From NCBI RefSeq assembly GCF_009914755.1, contig NC_060941.1: a DNA stretch of 64,000 nt; one strand, given 5' to 3'. Below the pieces are notes generated by a model, which saw only the letters and a list, made by a program, of their open reading frames with translations, was not told the origin of the DNA and did not search any database. Shown here one piece after another: positions 1 through 15,520 of this stretch. The DNA is from the human T2T-CHM13v2.0 reference genome, Homo sapiens. The position numbers and the translations under genes are program-made. Numbering within the stretch: the first letter of the stretch is position 1; every line of letters starts with the position of its first letter.

Positions 1-589
1 AATACCTTCTGATGAAACTTGCTATTATTTTTTATTAAAAATATGTTTCCTTATGTTCCACTACTATGTGATTGGCTTGAACACATACAGCTTTGGTAGA
101 GTCCCAGAATGAGATTTTGAGAAACTTTTTCATAACTACTTAGGATTAGAAATACAGGGGAAAAAATAACTCTTGCCATTTCATTTGACTGGGAGGTTCA
201 ATTGGTTAAAGGAATCAATGAAAGTGAGTAGCGTTTCAAAGCTGACAGTTTTAACCTCTCAAGTTTGCCCTATTTACTGAACACGTTGGAGAAAAGTAGG
301 GATAAAAGATCAGAATGAGCACAAAGAAATGGTTTTCCATTGTAGAAAGTAATCAGCCACTCTGGGAATGGTTTCCAACAGCAACTATGAAATCATCCAT
401 GCTGCCAGTTGACATTAGAAATAACACTGCAACTATGTTTAAAGTGAAAATTTTCTGAGAAGTTCAAGAGCAGCCAAGAAAAGATATTAGGAACTCTAAA
501 TTCCAGAAACACTCTTCTCTGATAAAAATCTTGATTTTAGTCCTTTGTTAAAATCATCTGTGGCAGTTGTTATAAGATCTTATTTGTGT

Positions 590-775
590 GTGTGTGTTCC
601 TTAGAATTATCTATATACAAGATCCTGTTACCTGTAAATAGAGATAATTTTGCTTCTTCCCAAATAATCAGAATACATTATCTTTCTTTTCCTTGGCCAA
701 TTGCATTGGCTAGAACCTATAATAAAACATTAAATGGAAGTGGGAAAGGAGGACATCCTTGTCTTATTAAGATTT
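590..775 (-). mobile_element. Old L1 (L1M) ORF2 reverse-transcriptase region fragment
   Basis: Degenerate match to antisense L1 ORF2 (…ttgcattggctagaacct…aaggaggacatccttgtctt). Confidence 0.75.
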
Positions 776-1139
776 TTGATAGATTTTGATACAATCTTGT
801 TGATAGACTTTTAGTCAATGAATAAAGGCCTTTATAACCTCAGTTATGGTATCAAGATTTATTTTTTTCCTGAACTGTTCAGACACGTAAGTGATAAATG
901 GGATCTGAATATTAGTTTATGTAGACTTGCTCTTTCTACTGCTGAGAAAATAATCCTATGCTTTAACTTAGCTTTGTAGTCTGAGCACAGGATTTGTTCT
1001 TTATAAACTCAGGGTCTGTTTCTAACTTATTTATTCCTTTTACCTCTGTCAGCTTGCTTTATCTTACTACTATAAGCCATCAAAGACCATCTTGAGTTCA
1101 AAATAGGAATTATATTTAGTTATGTTTATGCCTATGGAG

Positions 1140-1290
1140 TGAGATAGAGCAGATTTCACTCTGCCCTTGCCCAAGGGTATGATCTTTAATAAGTTATGAA
1201 AATCCCCATTCCCTCATCTTCTTCATCTTAACATGATAATAACAATAGTATACAGGGTTGCTGTGAGTAGTGCAATCAGCATAAACGAAT
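1140..1290 (+). mobile_element. MIR fragment, interrupted by AluY
   Basis: Degenerate MIR core (…ccctcatct…ataataacaatagta…cagggttgctgtgag). Confidence 0.55.
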
Positions 1291-1299
1291 CAGTAATCA

Positions 1300-1609
<310 letters not shown>

Positions 1610-2427
1610 TCATAATGACAGTGACCAGTGTTTATTATTATTATTATTTAATGCATTAAATAAGGAAACAACACTGGCATGACACTACTTTCATGTGTCT
1701 CAGAATATAAAAATCCAACAGGAGAAAAAATAGATACACATAGATTGCTTATGTGTGTTCTTGCATTTATCTCCATGGTGCCAAGCCCATTTCTGTCAGG
1801 TAAGCCATCAGTCCCAGGTTTCCAGTGAAAGATTATCCACTCTGGGAGCTCAGTTCCTGCATTATTCATGTCATTCTGCATGCAGCTAGATTTATGTGTC
1901 AGGAAAAACATACAAATGGAATCCGATTTACTTGCACAAGTTCCTGAACCATTTGATTTATGTTTGAGTAAATAAAGACATATGTCTTATAGGTATTGGC
2001 TTCACTTCTCTTTAGAAATAGAAGTGTAATGCTACGACTTCTTTTCTTGGCAGGAGTAGACTTCTAAAGTTTTGAAAGCAATGCAACCTCAAATTATATA
2101 CTTTCAATTTTCAGATGTGTTCATTATACTTTTCCATTTGCATTCAGCACTTTCGGCATCAAAACAATGGAAAATCTACAGCTCTGGACCACTGGAAAAG
2201 GTTCAGGATTTCCTAGCTTAGCTGCAAATCATAGAAGCAGCTACAATAAGGAATTCAGATGTAAAAACTTATTCAAACCTTCCTCAAGCTACCTAATGTT
2301 TAGGCTACAGATAGCTTCCAAAATCACCTCAGCAAATTGTACATTTAGCATTACCATTCACTCTTCCTCAGGAGGGCCCTACCTGGCTTCAGGACTTTCA
2401 TCTAGCCTTGATACATTGTATTCATTT

Positions 2428-2790
2428 TGCAAGAATGTCAAGGTTATGGAAACAAAGGAAGACTGAGAAACTGTTATAGACCAAAGGAGACTATTGGGGA
2501 TAAGACAGCTAAATGCTGTGTGGTATTCTGAATTGTATCCTAGAACAGAAAAAGGATATTAATGGAAACAGTGGTGAAATTTGAATCAAGTTTGAGGTTT
2601 AGTTAATAGTAATGTGTCAGTGTTGCTTTCTTAGTTTTGACAAAAATGAGACGGCAGTACAAAATGATAACATGGGGTGTATGGGAACATTATGGGGTGT
2701 GCGATAAGGATGTATGGGAACTCTACTATCTTTGCAACTTCTCTACATGTAAAATCATTTCAAACTAAAACGGTTTCTTTAAAAATAAAC
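2428..2790 (+). mobile_element. Old L1 (L1MC/L1ME-type) 3' UTR fragment
   Basis: aagactgagaaactgtt…gtatgggaactct…tctttgcaacttctct…aaactaaaa, typical of old L1 3' ends. Confidence 0.7.
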
Positions 2791-4311
2791 AAACAACAAT
2801 AATAAAAACACGTTGAAATTTAAATAAACGTGTTTTTTCTTTGGTAAACAATTTTACGTATAAGAAAGAAAGTCACCTCCAAATGATACATATCCAGTTT
2901 TTCTCCCTTTGTATCTTTCGATGTCTAAGATTTTATGAAACTCAAAAAAATTACCGAACCTGCCTGTGGCAGCAACACATTTTGAAACCCACCTGATGCA
3001 AATGAATGTTTATTTGGTTGTTGATGCTAGAATCTATGGTTACTTCTGCTGTTCTAGAAAGCATATATACCATCAAAACCTGAACACATATTTTATCAGA
3101 AGACATGGAAGTAAATTTATTGAATCCTTGAAGCTTAAGTCATAATTTTAAAATAAAAAAATTGAATTAGGATTAATGAGAGATATTATAGATAAAATAG
3201 AGATTTCTTGTTTACATTTCACATTATAACAATGAAAGGAAACAGAATGCTGTTTGGATTTATTATTCTTTAAAGGTGAAAAAAGCACTTGTAGAGTTGA
3301 GCAACACGAGGTATAGATTCCTCCACCTTTCTCTACTCACATGAAAAATGTATTTTAAGAATATTTGGGAAAGGAGGAGCTTTCTGAAGAATGACACTAA
3401 GAATTAAAATGTATCAAATTGTTTCTGTTTAAAATCAGTCTTACATTTATGTTAAATGAAGTAATAATTGATAAAACAATATTAAGTTGAGCAGCTCTAT
3501 CAGAGAACTTAAGTATTACTCTTAGTGGAATGAAAACAGTGAAATATATAATGTTTTGGATCATTAAATCTAATACTAAATAATTATTTTTAAAGACTCA
3601 GAAGCCCCTGATTAAAGAATATAAATATGCTGAATTATGTTCAATAGATGTTTGTCATATCCACTTAAGGTTTAATGAAGTCCATAAAATTTGCATGTAT
3701 ACATCTTAAGATACATTACAAAATGTTTCCAAAGTACCAATTTTGGTTTACTTTAAAATGTTTTTAAATTTCAGTCATTCTGGGTATTGAATTTCTAGCA
3801 TATATTACAGAGCAATTTCAGCAATGGTTATACACAAAATAGAACTTCTGAGTTTATTTGGTCTCATTTGTGTGTAAAAACTGTGATGTTATATACAACT
3901 ACCTAAACGGTGTTAGAATTATGTTTTTCTGCCTGGTAGCCTATTGTCAGGTCAAGAAGGGAGTAAAATTTAAGTTTTTCAAATTAGATATGAAAAGAAA
4001 AATTGAATCTTCACAGTTTAAGTTACATATGGCATAACTTTGGTGCAGACTTCAGTTGCTTTTATAATCACAAGCATTCTTGGAAAATAACATCTATGCA
4101 CCAATTATGGACTTTTACATAAATTTCTCTAGGTCTCAGAATAGATATCTTGCAAAGCAAATATCTGCATGTGAAGGAGACTCCTGTACTTTAATTTTCA
4201 TGAAACAATGTCTTTACCCTGTTGCTTACATCTCAGGTAATAAATTGCTGTTTCTTTATTGAGTCATATTTAAAATCAAGCTAAAATCAATTTAAATTTT
4301 TTTTCAATGAG

Positions 4312-4465
4312 TCTTTTAAAATTTGTAATGTGTGACTTCTTTCTCATTCTAAGTATACATTAACATTCACATCTACTTTTGCATTTGTAGTTTTTAAAAC
4401 ATTTCTTAAGGAGAGTTCTCAGAATTGTATAAGCTTCAGACCTTACAAAACCTAAATCTGCATCA
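4312..4465. mobile_element. hAT-Tip100 DNA transposon terminal fragment (Zaphod-like)
   Basis: aattgtataagcttcagaccttacaaaacct and tttctcattctaa resemble the reverse complement of the Zaphod terminus. Confidence 0.6.
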
Positions 4466-5279
4466 AAATGCCAACTGACTTTTAATTTCAGAATTACCTT
4501 GGCAATGGCACATATTAGAGCCAAAGCTATCTGGAGTCCTCTAGCACCCAGGAGGAGACAATAATGAGCATCTGTGGACACAGAGTCACTTATAACATAG
4601 ATGCAGGATGAAAAATGGCAGAGCGTGGCAGCCTGAACCTGGGTTCTCTCTCCCTGCTTAACTAGAACTTGCCTGTTCTCCACAGTTTGGGCTGAATTTC
4701 ACAGCTCGTATAGTTTGCAGAATCATCCTCAACACTTTTATTTAGCCGGATGCCCACTTATGCTCCCACCCCACCCCCCGCTAGCCTTGGTCCTGGGTTG
4801 TCATGCTTTTCATGGTAGGTTAGTGTTGCTAACCTCATATGCTCCCCTCGTGGGGGCTCAATTTCAGCTCCCATAATTATTTTACAACTGTAAACAATAA
4901 CTTAATTCATATAGTATGGACTAAAAGGTAATTCTAGGAGCAACTAAAAGGGACTTCCCTCTGTATTTGAAAGGATGGTGTGAAATGACCTATATTATTA
5001 AGTGATGTTTTAGACTGCACATCAAAACAAATTAATAACAAAAAATATTTATTTTAAATTTTTAGGAAACTAGTCAATGTATTTTAAAGCTAAACATGGC
5101 AAGGATATGAGAGATCTAGAGATAGGCTACAGAAAGCATCTGTAGTTTTGTCTAGCATGCAATATTGTCTAGGGTTCAAAATGGGAGAAACCTAAGTATA
5201 ACTTAATCAGGGCAAAATAGCAAATAGAAGTAGTAGATTAGACCAATAGTAAAATTATTTAGAAAGGTGTTCCTTTCTA

Positions 5280-5634
<355 letters not shown>

Positions 5635-5679
5635 TTAATATATATAAACCATATATATGCATTTATACATATATGCATG

Positions 5680-5703
5680 CACACACACACACACACACAC
5701 ACA
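5680..5703. repeat. (CA)12 microsatellite
   Basis: Direct reading. Confidence 0.95.
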
Positions 5704-6499
5704 GTCCTCCTTCCGCCAGTAAAGATAAGAATTATTCTGAACAAAAACTCATTCTTTCCATGTGAATAGCAATTTATATAGTTAATTTTTAAATGTTTAA
5801 ACTTCTTTGTGTAATAGTTTATTATTGGACCCCATTTTCCCCATTTGGTCATAAAAATGATCTACTTTTACAATGGTATAGTATCCTGCAGCAATCATTT
5901 TTCTTCCTCTCCTCCTGCTTCTCCTCCTTCTTCTTCCTCATCTTCTTCTAAGCTCCATTATAACCTATATTCACATTTGCAGCTTTCAGAAAGAGCCAAA
6001 CTGTACAGCAAAGAAAAACACCATAAATTCATGATGAAATCCTACTTTGGGTATTTTTTATGTACTCTCCAGTCTGCAAAGAGTAAATTAATGGGGATTT
6101 CTAATTTTGTTCTTCAGAATGAAATAGTGTCTGGTTGTTGAATTCCTGAGCTACTAATACATTTTCAAGCCTGACATTGTCCATTTTACATGTGGAAAGA
6201 CACCTTCTAATTCAGTAAGTCAACTAATATTGTGAAAAGCAGTTGTCCATTTTCTTCTGTCTTCACTGTACCTTAATACTTTCTTGGGTCCAAATGAAAG
6301 CAAATACACTTTCTTCTTATTTCCTGGATTCTCTGGTCCAAATATACCTTTACTTCTTGTCACACCATTAATTATCTAGGCAGTTCTACACAAAGTATTG
6401 TCTTCCTTCAGCAATTTTTTATCTTTTGAAGTCATAGATATGTATTTCTCTAAACTAAACAAATATGTACTGACTTCCAAGATACATTAGATAACATGC

Positions 6500-7243
<744 letters not shown>

Positions 7244-8959
7244 GAATCTATGACATTTCACTTTCATGTCCAAAACCAACATAATTATATACATTAGTAG
7301 GCACCCAGCAGCCTATATAATGTCCCTGCCATTTTCACTCTTAGATAACTGACTCCACACTCCAACATCATGCCAGGACTCCTAATTGCATTATATTATA
7401 CCAAGTATAATGCATCAAGAAAAAATTTAAAACTCAATATTCAAGAAGCATAATGTATATTTGAGTAAGTGGGAAACTAGAGAATCTTTGTTTTTAATTA
7501 CAGGCTTCTGTACAGCTGACTTTGCTGCCTTCCTTAAATGGAAAAAGAAGGAAGGAAAACCAAAACAACTTTCCATTTCTGGTTTTAAACATGGAGCCAA
7601 ATGTCCTATTCCTAACGAGCTGGGGGGAGCGGCAGGAGAGTGGGGAGAGCAAACAAAGCTTTAAAAATTAATGTTCTTGATAGAAAGACAGGCTTCAATT
7701 GGCTATTTAGGTTTAACTGTTGTGGGTCTCCAATATGACCTCATGGGATACAGCTCATTAAGCGATTGTATGAAAACATAAGAAAATAATTTTATCCAAA
7801 CGGTAGCCACTCCAAATTTTCATCTCGAGTTAACCACAAGTTCTTAATGTTTCATTAGTAGAGGGGAATGTTCAAATTGAGAAATGCATAAATGAACTCT
7901 CCAAACGAAGGCATACATCCTTGTTGGTTTCTGGTTCTGGGCAAAAGTTCAGACAACTGTGTATTTTATCAAAACTATAAATACGTTTCAATGTGCATCC
8001 AATTACCATGCAGATCTCTAAAATGAAATGTGTGCAGTTTCTGAAGCACCCAAACCCCCTTTCTAAGCGCCAAAAGCAAATGGCTCACCTTAAACCTCTC
8101 TTCTATTTCTATCTTTAGAGTTCTGCATGGCCCATACTCTAGGACAGAAACAGGATTAGAAAAGACTGACTCTTGTAGCCCATCCAAACCACATACAGAT
8201 TCCGCCTGGTTTCGATAAATGAGAAATACTGTTGGGCTGAATTTATGCTACCAAAAGTATTTCAGTGTCTTATTCTCTTTCCAGGGACTTGTGTAAGGAC
8301 TTAACACTCAAATTGGGAAATGATTAATTTATTGAAAGCTCTGATTTCCAACTCTGAAAAATTAGTAAACTTTAAATACCTCAGGCTATTGGAAATCTCT
8401 CTGGTGTCTAAACCAATTAAAAAAATCAAGGGTGGACATAAGGTAACTAACACTGAGCTTGGTTTTACACAAATAGCCAAATCACGTAAGGTGGGAGCAG
8501 AAAATAATCCATGATGTAGATTTAGATAAACCCTAGTAAGAAAGGCAAAAATCTCCTCCAGAACACAACCATGATAAAGTGTAGTCCAAATTATTTTATT
8601 TTTAAAACTAGAAGCCCAGAGATGCTTCAAAAGATGCACACTCACAAGAAACACTAATTTTAATTCACTCCCCATCAAAGGAACATACTACCTGGAAACT
8701 ATGATGCTTTATATAAATGTTAATGTCATTTTTAATTTTTTAAAAAACTTTTTAAACAATGTTGACTTTTTTATTCAATCAGAGGAATTCTGAAATTTTT
8801 AATGTATTAAGGATGTAGTCAAATTCTTTATGAATAAAAAGTGTTTCATTGTAGAAAACCGTATTTGAGTAATATGCAAGTCCTAAAATGTGGAATGGAT
8901 TTAAAGGAAGAACTAGCAGATTTCTTAAGAACATCTCCTACTGTCCTTTAGAGATGTCT

Positions 8960-10090
8960 ACCACCTTGATTTCATTTGCGTTCCCAAAGACTACTGTCTC
9001 CTAACTGGCACCCCTGACTCAGGTAGCACCCCTGGAAACATGTTCACCATTATCTTAAAACCACTCAGCTATGATTATATCAATCCTCAGCTTAAAACCC
9101 TGCAGTAGTAAATCCCTATGACCCATGAAGAATAAAGTCCAATATAAGCTCTTAGCTTTTCTTATGAAAAGTGGCTTTGGTGGTTTCCAATTTTATCAAT
9201 CATTTATCTTCCATGTACCCCCTACACAAACCATGATCCCATGACAACAAACTGCCTGTAGCTGCTTAAAGACATCATGCTCTTTTTTGGTTCCATAGGA
9301 TAGACTGGATAAAGAAAATGTGGTATATATATATACCATGGAATACTATGCAGCCATAAAAAAGAACAGGATCATGTCCTTTGCAGGGACATGGATGGAG
9401 CTGGAGGCCATCATCCTTAGCAAACTAACAAAGGCACAGAAAACCAAATACCACATGTTCTCACTTATAAGTGGGAGCTAAATGATGAGAACACGTGGAC
9501 TTATAGAGGGGAACAACACATACAGGGGTCTTTGGGAGGGTGGAGGGTGGGAGGAGGGAGAGGATCAGGAAAAATAACTAATGGGTACGAGGCTTAATAC
9601 CTGGATGACAAAATAATGTGTACAAGGAAAGCCCATGGCTAAATTTACCTATACAACAAACCTGCACTGTAACCCTGAACGTAAAAATTTTAAAAGAAGG
9701 AAAAAAAAAAAAAAATCACGACACCATACTAATTAATACCTACTTGTCTTCACAACTCACAATCTTCCTTCTGTCTGGAATAAGCCCTTTCACTTCTTTA
9801 ACAACCTATCTCCTTGGAATGTTTGAGAATCAGCTCTCATTCAGAAGTAAGACAGCTTGAACATACATTGTTGTAGGAGACTTCCCTATGTGCCTCTTTA
9901 TGTTTCACCCCCTCCTGTAGGCTACCTCCCCACCTCCACTGCACTTTTATTATTGCATGCTTTCATTCATCTCAGTCTTTTCATTATTTCAGTACATACC
10001 CAGGTTTGAGTTCTATTATTAGATTTCCAAATCTTAGCAGGAAGAAGTAGCATTTTATATTATATTGGTTTTCTCTAAAATATCTTACAG
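8960..10090 (+). mobile_element. L2 3' region, split by an L1PA insertion
   Basis: L2-like …ctcctaactgg…cttaaaaccctgcagt…aataaagtccaa…; resumes after ~9750 (ccttctgtctggaat). Confidence 0.55.
9298..9716 (+). mobile_element. L1PA (older, PA13-16-like) 3' end with A tail
   Basis: ORF2 end and 3' UTR: gactggataaagaaaatgtgg…gggaggagggagaggatcaggaaaaataac…aaacctgcac. Confidence 0.92.
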
Positions 10091-10682
10091 AATTCACATC
10101 TATAGTGGAGTCATATTCTTTGGACTAAAATAAACACCCATATTAGGGATCTTTTGACTAATTTAATATGTGCAACTGTATACGTAGGTGACCTTTTTGT
10201 TTGTTTGTCTGCTTTTGTGAGGTCAAAAATCATTCTCCAGATCTGGCTGACAAATATTTTATTAAGAATCTTCAATTATCCTTTGCCAGGATTTGCACAA
10301 GATAAACATCTGTGATAAGATGCCACTACATCCTTTTAAATATTTTAGAATTAGGTGGAACACAGAAATAAACTGTATTGCAGTCTTTTATTTTTAAAAT
10401 TGAGGCACCGAAGGCAGAGAAAATACAGGAAGAGCATGAGAGCATGCTTTTGGTGTGTTTCTATCTTTGACACAAAAATGACAAAACTCTATCGACAAAA
10501 AAGGGAAAATACATTCTATTAGATACCACAATTTTATAAACAAACAGAAACACACATATAAAACCCCATAATGAGTTTCTTAAAAAGTATTTTTTCTAGG
10601 AAGAGGTTTTTCTTTTTAGTTGTCAAAGGCAAGCACTCAACAGTTTAAGCTTTTGCAAAACAAAATCATCTGATATTATCAG

Positions 10683-10719
10683 TAATGGCAAAAACCACAA
10701 TTATATTTGCACCAACCTG
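10683..10719. mobile_element. MADE1 half element
   Basis: taatggcaaaaaccacaattatatttgcaccaacct matches one MADE1 arm. Confidence 0.75.
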
Positions 10720-11139
10720 CAGTTCAAAATGTTGCCTGTATTATTTATTCCATCTCTTCATTTATTCGCTGGATATTGTGTGCCTACCACAGCCTCTGTG
10801 CTGAAGTTAAAACGTTGTAAGTGTTTTTTTTTTTTCTCTTTGTTTGTTTTTGTTTGTTTTGTGTGTAAGTGTGTATTGTGGAGGCAGGGAAGGGAACAAG
10901 AAAGAACAAAACAAAAAATGACAACAAAATAAACAAGACAAGAATTTAGCTTTGTAAACCTGACATTCCACCTGTCATAATAAGTCTAAGTACAAGGGAG
11001 GAGAGGATGGAGAATATGGAATCTGCATGGTTTAAAAAAAAAGAACCTATGTTCAAAATGCCAAATTCTTAATATAAATTAGAAAAAAGTAACTCTTAGC
11101 CAAATCTTTACATTTAAATATGTTTTAAATTTGTCATTA

Positions 11140-12460
11140 TAATAGTCGCATAATTTTTGACTGAATGCCTTTTTATATTTATTTAACCAGTTTTATTTTG
11201 AATTTTTGTTTCTACTGTATTTCTGTTATAAATAAAGATGCACAATAACATCCTTTTACTTGAATATTTGGCCAATCTCTGTTCGTTTTCTTAGGATAGG
11301 TTTTTAGAAATAGGGTTAATAGTCCAACTTTAAGTCTGACTGATACATATTATCCAATTACTTGCAGAATGGTATCCTAAATTTACATTTTCAATTTTTC
11401 AATATTGTATGAGAATGCCTAATTCATTTTCAATATTTGTCAATTTATTGTTGAAAATGTATTGTGTATTAATATTTAGCTGGCATTAGTTCCTCAAAGA
11501 GCACTTTTAAAAGTCTTTTTTAGAACATTTTTTCCAAATGTGAATGTTTTATCTGTGAATTACCTATTTATGTGTTTTCCCCATTTTATGTCTCCTGGGT
11601 GTAAGTTTCCCTTGTTTACTTATTAGCAAACTTTATGGACTGTATGTTCCCCCAGAGTTTATAGTTTGACTTACCATTTAAAATAAGATAGCCTTATAAT
11701 TCTTCACTTAACTTTCCTGTGTGCATTCTCTTCACCAGTGATATTTTTTCCTTTGTTTTTAATGCTGAGATAATCCTTCCTAATTCTATACAACAAGTAA
11801 ATATTTAGCTACATTTTCTTCAAGTTTTTTTTTGTTTTTTGTTTTTTTTTAGTTGGAGTCTCACTCTGTCACCCAGGCTGGAGAGCAGTGGCGTAGTCTC
11901 GGCACATTGTAACCTCCGCCTCCTGGGTTCAAGTGATTCTCCTGCCTCAGCCTCCTGAGTAGCTGGGACTACAGGTGCGCACAAACATGCCCGGCTAATT
12001 TTTGTGTTTTTAATAGAGACAGGGTTTCACCATGTTGGCAAGACTGGTCTCAAACTCCTGACCTCAGGTGATCCACCTGCCTTGGCCTCCCAAAGTGCTG
12101 GGATTACAGGCGTGAGCCACCACGCCCAGCCTCTTTGAATTATGTTTGGGTCCCTTTTTATTGTTGAAACAATGTGGAATTGATTTTGATGTGTGGTTCG
12201 TGGTGATGCTCTGACAGTACGCTGTTCAAAATTATCCAAGTCCAATCAATTATTGGTTAATCATTTCCTTCCCTATAGATTTTGTTACTCCACCTTTAAA
12301 AATAGAACTAAATTGGTATATCCATATAGCTTATTTTTCAGATATCTCTTCTGCATGATTGATTAGTCCATATATTCTTGCTTGAGTGCCATACTGTTTA
12401 AATTAATATAGCTTAACCATATGTTTTAATATATGGCAGGACAAGCCCACTCGCTTTTTA
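11140..12460 (-). mobile_element. Old L1 (L1ME-type) ORF2/3' fragments, interrupted by an Alu
   Basis: Antisense L1 motifs (ttaggataggtttttagaaatagg, gtatgagaatgcct, gtgccatactgtttaaattaatatagctt). Confidence 0.7.
11825..12131 (-). mobile_element. AluSx-like
   Basis: Antisense full Alu with T tract; cctgacctcaggtgatcc. Confidence 0.93.
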
Positions 12461-13219
12461 CTTATGGTGACTGGACCTTTTAGATGTATTCTTATTAGTC
12501 TTCACCCTTCTTTTTCACTTGAACCGTGGTGGCCAGAGCATTGAGTGATGGCTACCCTGTTTTTTAGCTAGCCCAGATCTTGGTCTTAAAGTCGGGGCCA
12601 CTTTTGAGAAAATGAAGGGGAAAGAGTGAACTGTTTTCCTTGTTCAGGTTTTGCATTAGGCATAGTGTCAGTCCATCATCATTTTTTTTTTTTAAATCCA
12701 ACTCTTTAAAGATAGGTGAAAATCACTCCAGATTCTAACGATGTGAAGTTGCCATTTTAATTTTTAATACTACTAAAAGTTTTTAACATTTCTAAATCAT
12801 GATTAATTTTTCATGAGTAAATTGAGAAATCATTCATCAGGACCCATTTGCCTGAAACCCAGAAAGCCCTATTTTTCTATATCACCCTGTTAAAAAGGTT
12901 GGTCAAAACTTGCAAAGGAATGTATCATATGTGAGAAACAAAGAATTAATGGAGATAATTCAGGATAGAACAATAGAAGGAAGAGCAGATGCACTTTGTC
13001 GGGAAAGACAGCAGTTATAATTGTCTGGAGTTACAAACCTAGATACTCCCAACTTAATAATCTTTCTATTTTATTTTGCTTTTTGTGTTCTGTGAAACAC
13101 CCTAACAATTATATTAAATGTTTTCTACAGAAACAAATTTTAAAATATAAAATTTATAAGATTCTAATGAATGCTGTACATTTGTAATCTAGTTTTTAAA
13201 AATATACATATATTTTAGC

Positions 13220-13282
13220 AGGTTTTATATATAAATATATATAATTTATGTATTTATATGTATATTTATATATATAAAACCT
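13220..13282. repeat. AT-rich quasi-palindrome
   Basis: aggttttatatata…tatatataaaacct inverted ends. Confidence 0.8.
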
Positions 13283-15106
13283 CAGATATTATACTTTGCT
13301 CTCAGAATTGTTTTGAGTTACATTTACATCCTTTATTTTAAGAGTTTCTGAACATTTCTGACTAGCACTAAAGTTGTGGGCTCATTTCTTCAGGGTCTTA
13401 TTTCTTGTGCTCCAATTTGCTGATGTTGAAATGTCTCATATACTGCTGGGCACAAATATTCCAAACATTACTCACAGAAATTAAAAGAAAGTGGACCATA
13501 TTGGACTGGAATTATTCATTCAATTCAATGCAGTCTAACATGGCTAATTCCATGCGGGAGTCTTAAGTTTAAATAAACTTTCCATGGCAATCTATTTTCT
13601 GAAGACTTTTGCTTTGTTTGAATTCTTTTATAGAAGGACATTTTCCTCCATATGTTTATTCTCACAGACAAATACAGGAAAAAGCCCACTTGCTCTTGTT
13701 GACCTTTCTGCTTAGCAACTATTACTTTTCTTAGCTCAAAGGTAATTCTTTATTCAAGAGGGCCTTATTTAGAACACATGATAGGCATTCAGAGTTTTCC
13801 AGTAGCCTCTGAACACTACAGAGTATTTATTTACATTGTATAAAATTAGAGGAAATGAAGGGGTATGCATTTGAACTAGAAGCAATAGCCCAATTCTCGT
13901 TATGGAGAGATTTCAGTCAATGTCACTTTGGGGGGTGGTGGGGAAGAACTCAGATTACAGACATTTTAAACAATACAGATTTTTGTTACCTAACAATGAA
14001 ATACATCATTTTGCTTTCTCAATAAAACCCAGGCTGTGAATCATGGGCTATTTCTATTCTACACATTGGCTAAGAGTACATTTCAATCCCTGTCTTCGCA
14101 AACTAAGACGTATGGAGTGATCTCTGTTGACATAGCCCAGATGAAACTACTTTAGGAAATATATTATTTGAAAAGGACTTGGATGCATCTAATAAGATGT
14201 CTGATTTGCTGTGAGCCCATGCATTTGCACATAGATATTAATAAAAGAAAGTTAGTGAACAACTGGTATCTAGTATGATACAAATGGGATTTGTATTGGT
14301 ATGGTTTGGATTAAAACAAACCACGGCTTGTGTCATTGCCATTGTTTAAAAAGTGTGACTGGTATTTAGTTAGGTTGAGTTTAAATATATTTGGAAACAA
14401 GTTTTGCTGAATCCAACACTCAAGTTTATCGTCAGAGAAAAAAGTGCTGTTAATCTGCACTCTCATTATTTCTAAATGCAACACACAAAAGCAATGGTTT
14501 TAGTTCAAAGGACAAAAACAATTTAGTTTACCTATATGTGGTGTTCTGTATGTAAAATACATGATAAACAAAACTGGAAAAATATATGTTATGATAAAGC
14601 CATTGGGTAGGCCAACTGTAACCAAGTTTTACCAATTGTGAGACAGTTTAACGTTATCTACCTCCTAAAGTAATTCTAGAAATAAAGAATGTAAAATAAT
14701 TCTAGAAATAAAAGCTAACTGATATAGCTATTGTGCAGATACCAAAGTAGTTGAATATATCTCCATCCTGAGAAAGTTTTAGAAAGAAAAAATGTAACCT
14801 ATTATATTCATTTTGACACTGCAAAAAGGCTGGAGTAATCCATAACATTAAATTCAATGAACAATACCACTTTTCCAAAGTAATTGTCAACCTATTCACA
14901 TCTTCATTATTTAAGCTCCCCTTAGAGAGCATGTAATAAATAATTTTGCATAGATGTTTATTTTAAATATCTATTTAATTTGTCAAGCTCAATGCAGGAC
15001 TACTGAAAGTATAAACAGGTTGGAACATTGTTATTCATTTGTATACATCCCAGAACCTGAACCTTAAAGTTAAGAATAACAATTTTGTCAACAAAACTGA
15101 GTAAAG

Positions 15107-15406
15107 GGCCAGTAGCGGTGGGTCACGCCTGTAATCCTAGCACTTTGGGAAGCCGAGGTGGGAGGATCACTTGAGCTCAGGAGTTCAAGACCAGCCTGGG
15201 CAACATGGAAAAACCCTTTATCTAAACAAACTAGATACAAAAACTGGCCAGAGGCAGTGGCGCGGGCCTGTTGGACCAGCTACTCAGGAGGCTGAGGCAT
15301 GAGAATCATTTGAGCCCTGGAGGTGGAGGTTGCAGTGAGCCAAGATCACTGCACTGTAGCCTGGGGGACAGAGTGAGACTCTGTCTCAAAACAACAACAA
15401 CAAAAA
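15107..15406 (+). mobile_element. Alu (Jb/early S)
   Basis: Full Alu, (CAA)n tail, TSD ctgagtaaag. Confidence 0.92.
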
Positions 15407-15485
15407 TCCTGAGTAAAGATTCCTAATAAAAAGATTATTTAAAAATACAAAAATGTATATACTATTTTAAAAAATTAAAATATAG

Positions 15486-15520
15486 ATCGCTTCTCAGCCT
15501 TTTAGTTAAAAGAAAGTGTA
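15486..15520 (+). pseudogene. 3'-truncated U2 snRNA retrocopy (U2 nt 1-35)
   Basis: atcgcttctcagccttttagttaaaagaaagtgta vs U2 ATCGCTTCTCGGCCTTTTGGCTAAGATCAAGTGTA, 29/35 identical; flanked by taaaatat(a/g)g. Confidence 0.85.

Noticed and set aside
9530-9560. G-quadruplex-like G runs
   Set aside because: Standard feature of the L1 3' UTR.
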